Of a stretch of 64,000 nt of DNA, positions 59,050 through 64,000 are shown piece by piece. The stretch is from Nitrospinaceae bacterium (lineage in GTDB: Bacteria; Nitrospinota; Nitrospinia; Nitrospinales; Nitrospinaceae), in contig OZ245011.1 in the NCBI GenBank assembly GCA_965223665.1, positions 4,032,001 through 4,096,000 of the forward strand, read 5' to 3'. The position numbers were made by a program, and so were the translations under genes. How positions within the stretch are numbered: position 1 is the stretch's first letter; the number at the start of each line of letters is the position of its first letter. The notes under the pieces were generated by a model. That model worked only from the letters and a program-made list of their open reading frames with translations. It was not told where the DNA came from and did not search any database.

Positions 59050-61109
59050 GATCTTTGTTCAATTTCTCCAATCAATTTGTTTATCTTTTCCCAATGTTCC
59101 TGGCTCGGAGAAAGCTTTAAAGCTTTCTTTAAGTAATCTACCGACCTCGACCTGTCTCTACGGAAAAACCAAATTAATTGGCCCAACTCATATAGAGTAT
59201 CAAAATCGTTCGGGTTTTTAATGTTTGCAAGCTTATATTCTGATAGGGCTTGCTTCCATTTTTTCTGACCTTTGAAAACTTGGCCCAGTGCTTGGTGAGA
59301 CTCTGCTTCAATGTTGGGTGAACCGGAGACCAAGCGATATTCATTAATGCTGTCATTAAGGTTTCCCATTTTGGAATATATGTGGCCTAAAAGTAAATGG
59401 GCATCTGGAGAGTTTGGGACGATTTTTTCATAATTTTTTATTCGATTGAGTGCTGAGGGAAAATCATTTAATTGATAATAAACATTTCCTAAGTAGAGAT
59501 CCAAAGTTGGCGGTAAAATTTGAGCCTCTTTGTAATTTTTTTGAGCAATTTCAGCTTTTTCTAATAAATTTTTGGCTAAAGAATTTTGGCCTCGGGAAGC
59601 ATACAATACACCCAGGTTAAAATGGCCCGTTGGTAACTTAGGATAATATCGCAATGCATCCTTGAACTCTTTTTCTGCTAAATCCATTTTCCCGTATCGA
59701 ACATATAGATTTCCTAAATTTGTGTGAGCGTAAGATAAATAATATGGAGTTGCATTGGTAGCAGCCAATTTTTTCAGCATAACAAAAGCTTGATCATAAT
59801 TTCCTTTCTCAGTATAGAAATGGCTAAGGTTGTGATAGATCCTTGCTTTTTGAGGAGATTTTTTATGAGCGTCTTCCCATAATGATAAGTTTGACTGATA
59901 GTCAAGGTTTCTATGATAAGTTAAAAATGTAAAACTCAATACAATAGTAATAAGGGCCGAAAGAGTGAATTTTTTTTCAATAGGACCTTGTTTCCGGTTA
60001 AATATTAATGATCGATAGGAAATAATCGTCAATATAAATATGAGACCAATGGAAGGAAGATAGAGGTTTCGTTCACTTAATAGATCCATCCTGGGTAAAA
60101 TGCCATTAGTAGGAAAAATTGTAATTAAGAACCACAATAATCCGAATGCTGCCCAGGGAAACCTCTTGTAAATAGAGTAAATGAACAAAATCAATCCGGA
60201 ACCCAGGAATAAATAAGAAACAATCCTCCATGTATCTCTAGTGTAATTTGCATTTGGAAAATCATAATCGAACACCAAATTAAAGGGAAGCAATATCAAT
60301 TTAATGGCATATGAAATTACACTTACCTGTTGAAAAGCGTATCCTAGGCTAATTTTATTTTTCCATTCGTCTGCTATCTGGATTAACTCGGGTGACCCAT
60401 TAAAAACAAATAACGCAGCAAGAGGGATGGGTAAATAAAACCATGCACGAATTCGAAATGAAATCCAATTTCCATTTCTCATGAAACAAAGGTCATATAA
60501 AGGGAAAATTAGTATTAATACCCCTGTGGTTTCTTTGGTGAAAAGAGCGACTCCCGCCATCAAATAGCAAACAAACCAAAAAATTAATTTGCGATTTCCT
60601 GAAGAATTTTCTCGAAGATTTCCCAGGATGAAAAAAAGTAAAGAAGCTAAGAAAAATAATGCGGATAAGCTACTGCTTCTTCCGGATATGTAAGTTATAG
60701 CCTCAGTATGAACAGGATTTAGTGCAAAAATTATTGTTGTAATTGAAGCTATGGAAAATGCGGAGCGAGTACCCCAGGTAGTACCACGTTTTATGGTTAG
60801 AAAAATAATTCCCCACAAAATTAGAGAACTTAAACAATGGGAAGTAATATTGACGATGTGATATCCCAAAGGGTTGAGATTTCCAACGGCATAGTTGAGT
60901 GCGAAGGAAAGATAAAAGAAATGCCGATAGTGTAGAGGATAAAGGTTTTTGTAGACTTCGAGGTTTTTTATTCCATCGTTATTTTTGATTACAACTTCAT
61001 CATCAAAATTAAAGGGGACTTTTAAGGAATTTGCATAAGCCACCCAAATTAGAAAGACAATTAGCAGGCTTAGCTTGAAATAATTACTTTTCCAAGATTC
61101 GTTTGTCAT
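59046..61109 (-). CDS. TMTC-like GT-C membrane glycosyltransferase with C-terminal TPRs
   Basis: FNFDD acidic loop, GYH..N, P..TEAITYISGRS, KE, ERNLYLP, SLWED, multiple TPRs; start 61109 or 61157. Confidence 0.85.
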   Translation of the reverse strand: MTNESWKSNYFKLSLLIVFLIWVAYANSLKVPFNFDDEVVIKNNDGIKNLEVYKNLYPLHYRHFFYLSFALNYAVGNLNPLGYHIVNITSHCLSSLILWGIIFLTIKRGTTWGTRSAFSIASITTIIFALNPVHTEAITYISGRSSSLSALFFLASLLFFILGNLRENSSGNRKLIFWFVCYLMAGVALFTKETTGVLILIFPLYDLCFMRNGNWISFRIRAWFYLPIPLAALFVFNGSPELIQIADEWKNKISLGYAFQQVSVISYAIKLILLPFNLVFDYDFPNANYTRDTWRIVSYLFLGSGLILFIYSIYKRFPWAAFGLLWFLITIFPTNGILPRMDLLSERNLYLPSIGLIFILTIISYRSLIFNRKQGPIEKKFTLSALITIVLSFTFLTYHRNLDYQSNLSLWEDAHKKSPQKARIYHNLSHFYTEKGNYDQAFVMLKKLAATNATPYYLSYAHTNLGNLYVRYGKMDLAEKEFKDALRYYPKLPTGHFNLGVLYASRGQNSLAKNLLEKAEIAQKNYKEAQILPPTLDLYLGNVYYQLNDFPSALNRIKNYEKIVPNSPDAHLLLGHIYSKMGNLNDSINEYRLVSGSPNIEAESHQALGQVFKGQKKWKQALSEYKLANIKNPNDFDTLYELGQLIWFFRRDRSRSVDYLKKALKLSPSQEHWEKINKLIGEIEQRS

Positions 61110-62208
61110 GGTGGAAGAATTCCAATTGGATGCCTTTTGGATTTGGCCTTTTTTCAAACCGTTTTAAAATCGCAATCAAAATAAATAAATTGGTTAATAC
61201 AAAAATAAAAAAGATTGGGATCAAACGCGGAATTACATTTATATGGAAGGTTGGAATTAATGAAAGGAGATCAAAATAAAAAGCAATGGTAAGCAAAACT
61301 ATTATAGAACGTGTGGGTGTCAATCCCAGCTTACCCAGGCGATGGTGAAAATGATGAGCGTCTTTAGAAAAGGGACTAATTCCCTTAAATATTCTCCTGA
61401 AAAAAGCAAAGGTGGTATCTGTAATTGGAAGAATGAGTGTTGTAATAGGAATTAGATAATATATTTCATCCGTGTATCCCTGGCTGAGAGGGAGCAATGT
61501 TACCAATGAAATTAATAACCCTAAAGGAAGGCTGCCAGTATCACCTAAAATTATTTTTGCAGGGGGAAAGTTGAACATGAGGAACCCAAAAATACTTCCT
61601 GCCAAAATCACCGCTAAAAATGGGGCTTCAAAAATGTTTCGTTCTAAATAAACGAATACCAGTGTTAGGCATGAAAGATATACTAAGCCCCCGGCGAGTC
61701 CATCTTCTCCATCAATTAAATTTAAAGAATTTGTAATTCCAACAATCCATAAAACCGTAATAACAAAAGCAAGGTTTCCTAATTCTAACCAATCCCCAAT
61801 ACGTTCAATTTTGAATCCCATCCAATAAAGGAAAATTGCTATGGTAATTTGGACTAATAGTTTTACTCGGGGTTTTGTGTTTACCAAATCATCTACAAAT
61901 CCTAAAAGAAACATTAAACCAATTCCAATGGAAATTACTTGCAGTAGGTAAAGATTGCAGGAATCTAGGGCTCCAAGAAGATAGGCACCCCAAAGTGTTA
62001 AAAGGAATGACAAAACAACTGCAATTCCACCCAGTGGATTAACAGAATTATTTTGAGACTTTAAAAATGTTCGTTGAATAAATTGTGAAATGGAATGAGA
62101 ACTTCTTAAGTATTTAATTAAAAAATTTGTTAAAACCAAAGATAAAACTAGGGATACTGCATAACTAATTAAATATGCATTTCCATTAATGGGGTGGGTT
62201 TCAAACAT
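61084..62208 (-). CDS. MraY/WecA-family undecaprenyl-phosphate sugar-1-phosphate transferase
   Basis: GFVDDL, NSLNLIDGEDGL, FNFPPAKIILGDTG, DAHHFHH. Confidence 0.93.
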   Translation of the reverse strand: MFETHPINGNAYLISYAVSLVLSLVLTNFLIKYLRSSHSISQFIQRTFLKSQNNSVNPLGGIAVVLSFLLTLWGAYLLGALDSCNLYLLQVISIGIGLMFLLGFVDDLVNTKPRVKLLVQITIAIFLYWMGFKIERIGDWLELGNLAFVITVLWIVGITNSLNLIDGEDGLAGGLVYLSCLTLVFVYLERNIFEAPFLAVILAGSIFGFLMFNFPPAKIILGDTGSLPLGLLISLVTLLPLSQGYTDEIYYLIPITTLILPITDTTFAFFRRIFKGISPFSKDAHHFHHRLGKLGLTPTRSIIVLLTIAFYFDLLSLIPTFHINVIPRLIPIFFIFVLTNLFILIAILKRFEKRPNPKGIQLEFFHHDKRILEK

Positions 62209-62210
62209 TT

Positions 62211-63062
62211 TTACTTAAAAACATTTAAGAGAAGTTGACTGGCGCACCTTAGACTTATAAAAAAATCTAATGATAAACGCGTTACAATTGAATTTCCCAT
62301 GTGTTTTTTTTGGTAATAACTCATTCCAAGATGTCTTTTAATAATCAATCCTGGCGACATTTTTTGTCCACTTGATGAAATGTGGTGATAGATAAAAGTT
62401 TTTGGATAGTAAACCACTCTAAATCCCGCCTCAGTGACCCGTTTGCAGATATCAACATCCTCATTAAAGAGAAAAAACTTCTCATCAAAACCGGTTACTT
62501 TTTGAAAAATTTCTTTGGGCATTAACATACAACATCCCGAAACCCAATCTACTTGCTTTACCGAAGTGTGGTCGAAATCTTTCATAAGATATTTGCGGGT
62601 TAACGGGTTATTAGGAAAAATATTACTCAAAAGGGAATAACGATTAAATAAACCCGTCCAAATGGATGGATAACGACGGCAAGAATATTGTAAAGTTCCA
62701 TCAGAATTTAGAACTTTAGGAGCTAAAATACCAATTTGTGTATGTTTTTTTATGAAATCAAGTAAACCAGAAATGGAGTCTTTTTCTAAAACCGAGTCAG
62801 GATTCAAAAACAAAAAATAATCGCCTTGGGCCATTTTGGCGGCTTGATTGTTCGCCCTGGAAAACCCTGCATTTTGAGGATTTCCAATTAGGTAAACCTG
62901 AGAAAACCGGTTTAGGACCTGGGGAAGACCTTTATCCTCAGGGCTATTATTTACCACAAATACTTCAGCCGAGTAGTCCCCAACCGCCTTCTCCAGGGAA
63001 TTCAGGCATTGGACAAGTTCGCTACTTTGATGATAATTGACTATGATAATTGAAAGGTCCAT
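62211..63062 (-). CDS. GT2 glycosyltransferase (WbbL-like rhamnosyltransferase)
   Basis: IIVNY, GFSRANN, LNPD, VDWVSG, FDE.FFLF.EDVD. Confidence 0.9.
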   Translation of the reverse strand: MDLSIIIVNYHQSSELVQCLNSLEKAVGDYSAEVFVVNNSPEDKGLPQVLNRFSQVYLIGNPQNAGFSRANNQAAKMAQGDYFLFLNPDSVLEKDSISGLLDFIKKHTQIGILAPKVLNSDGTLQYSCRRYPSIWTGLFNRYSLLSNIFPNNPLTRKYLMKDFDHTSVKQVDWVSGCCMLMPKEIFQKVTGFDEKFFLFNEDVDICKRVTEAGFRVVYYPKTFIYHHISSSGQKMSPGLIIKRHLGMSYYQKKHMGNSIVTRLSLDFFISLRCASQLLLNVFK

Positions 63063-63303
63063 GGGCTTTCATTTCTTAGCGTCCTGAGGTAGGTCGAACA
63101 TTAATTTTTCTAGGAAAAAATGATCTTAAGTCCCTTTTTTTTGAAGGGGTTATATGCTTTTCGGAAAGAATTTTTTTTAAGGGGAAGTTTGAGCAAAAAT
63201 AGAGTTGGAAATTAAAAAGCAAGTTAAAATTTTCAAAAAAGTGTAATCTTGACTAAAATATTGAACAAAATTCTTAAAAATTGGAAATTCTTGGGAAGAA
63301 ACA

Positions 63304-63462
63304 ATGATTGATGAAATTAACTATTTTCCGAAACGTGATAATTTTCAAAAAAAGAAAAATCTTAGTAAGGATTGGGATGACCTGAAAAAAATGAAAAATG
63401 ATCTAAACCCTAAGCCTAAAAAATCCAAAAAACCTGAAAAAAATCCTAATAAAGATCCATAA
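63304..63462 (+). CDS. Small Lys/Pro-rich hypothetical protein (52 aa)
   Basis: Read manually, absent from the ORF track: MIDEINYFPKRDNF...KPKKSKKPEKNPNKDP. Confidence 0.45.
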   Translation: MIDEINYFPKRDNFQKKKNLSKDWDDLKKMKNDLNPKPKKSKKPEKNPNKDP

Positions 63463-63599
63463 ATTCCTGCCGGCTCCTATTTTTTTCAATTCTATGAAAA
63501 AAATTTTAATTTTAATTTGGCTCCAGAATCCACGTTGTTATATACTTCGATTTCAACCTTTAAACTAATAACCACTTTTTGAATAAATGGAGCCGTCCC

Positions 63600-64000
63600 A
63601 TGCGGTTTTTTTTAAATCGAGCACACTTTTTAATTAGAGTTTGTTTAATCTTTGTTTTTTTATTTTCTTTGTTTAATTTAAATCTTATTTCCATAGTAGA
63701 GGCTGATGATTGGGCTCGAAAAGGCAAATTTGCAATGCAATCTAAAAAGTATGTGGATGCTGAGACATTCTTTGCTAAGGCTTTGGAAACTGACTCTGAA
63801 AATCCACACCTTTTATATTCCCTTTCGCAAGCCAAAGTTCATCTGGGTAAAATATCTGAAGCTAAACCTTTGCTGGATAAAGTATTGGCGATGCCTGAGT
63901 CGAACGGAAGGGATGTAATCGTTTTTTATAAAGGCCAGTCAGAGGGGGAAGAAGCTGAGTTGGTGGATCAAATTGTTTTACCCCCGCAACGAACGAACAA
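63600..64000 (+). CDS. Exported TPR protein, truncated by the window end
   Basis: Frame open from ATG 63600 to the end; signal peptide then YVDAETFFAKALETDSENP..YSLSQA TPR. Confidence 0.75.
   Translation, partial: MRFFLNRAHFLIRVCLIFVFLFSLFNLNLISIVEADDWARKGKFAMQSKKYVDAETFFAKALETDSENPHLLYSLSQAKVHLGKISEAKPLLDKVLAMPESNGRDVIVFYKGQSEGEEAELVDQIVLPPQRTN

Noticed and set aside
80-59356. Numerous 60-120 aa ORFs nested in or antisense to larger genes
   Set aside because: Contained within well-supported CDSs and lack recognisable motifs
63560-63918. ORF-track entries 63560-63835 (-) and 63706-63918 (+)
   Set aside because: Shadow frames of the TPR gene starting at 63600
1-64000. CRISPR arrays, tRNA/rRNA, IS elements, prophage
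   Set aside because: No regularly spaced repeats, cloverleafs, transposase/integrase or phage genes recognised by eye

Overview
AT-rich bacterial chromosome window from a diderm organism. The gene content is suggestive of a Nitrospinota/deltaproteobacterium-like lineage, but this cannot be proven from sequence alone. I found no rRNA, tRNA, CRISPR array or mobile element. 1-32 kb is a mixed region: a two-component pair, gdhA with an AlgE-type porin, a COG2403 (arginine synthetase-like) gene with carbamate kinase, crcB and DUF190, and a probable metal-handling operon led by a His/Cys-rich, PPP-ending leader ORF whose last codons can pair with the next gene's RBS. It also holds sigma54-driven minor pilins (pilV/W/X-like), an ECF sigma/NrsF pair divergent from a spondin gene (matching promoter motifs, one inside the sigma gene), an orphan RiPP-type B12 radical SAM enzyme, an orphan TpsB, a catalytically degenerate SGNH protein and a cNMP-PAS-GGDEF-EAL protein. 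32.5-63 kb is a large surface-glycan locus, almost all on the minus strand and interrupted by nadE. It has two gmd genes, rmlBAD, hddA/hddC, methyltransferases, GTs, wzm without an adjacent wzt, a PIN-like/DegT fusion, a wbpA-like gene, a WecA-like gene and a TMTC-like GT-C. It also contains a tandemly duplicated module of a membrane-anchored TPR/CBM-like protein plus a CotH-family kinase. All functional calls come from motif recognition by eye; no database searches were run.
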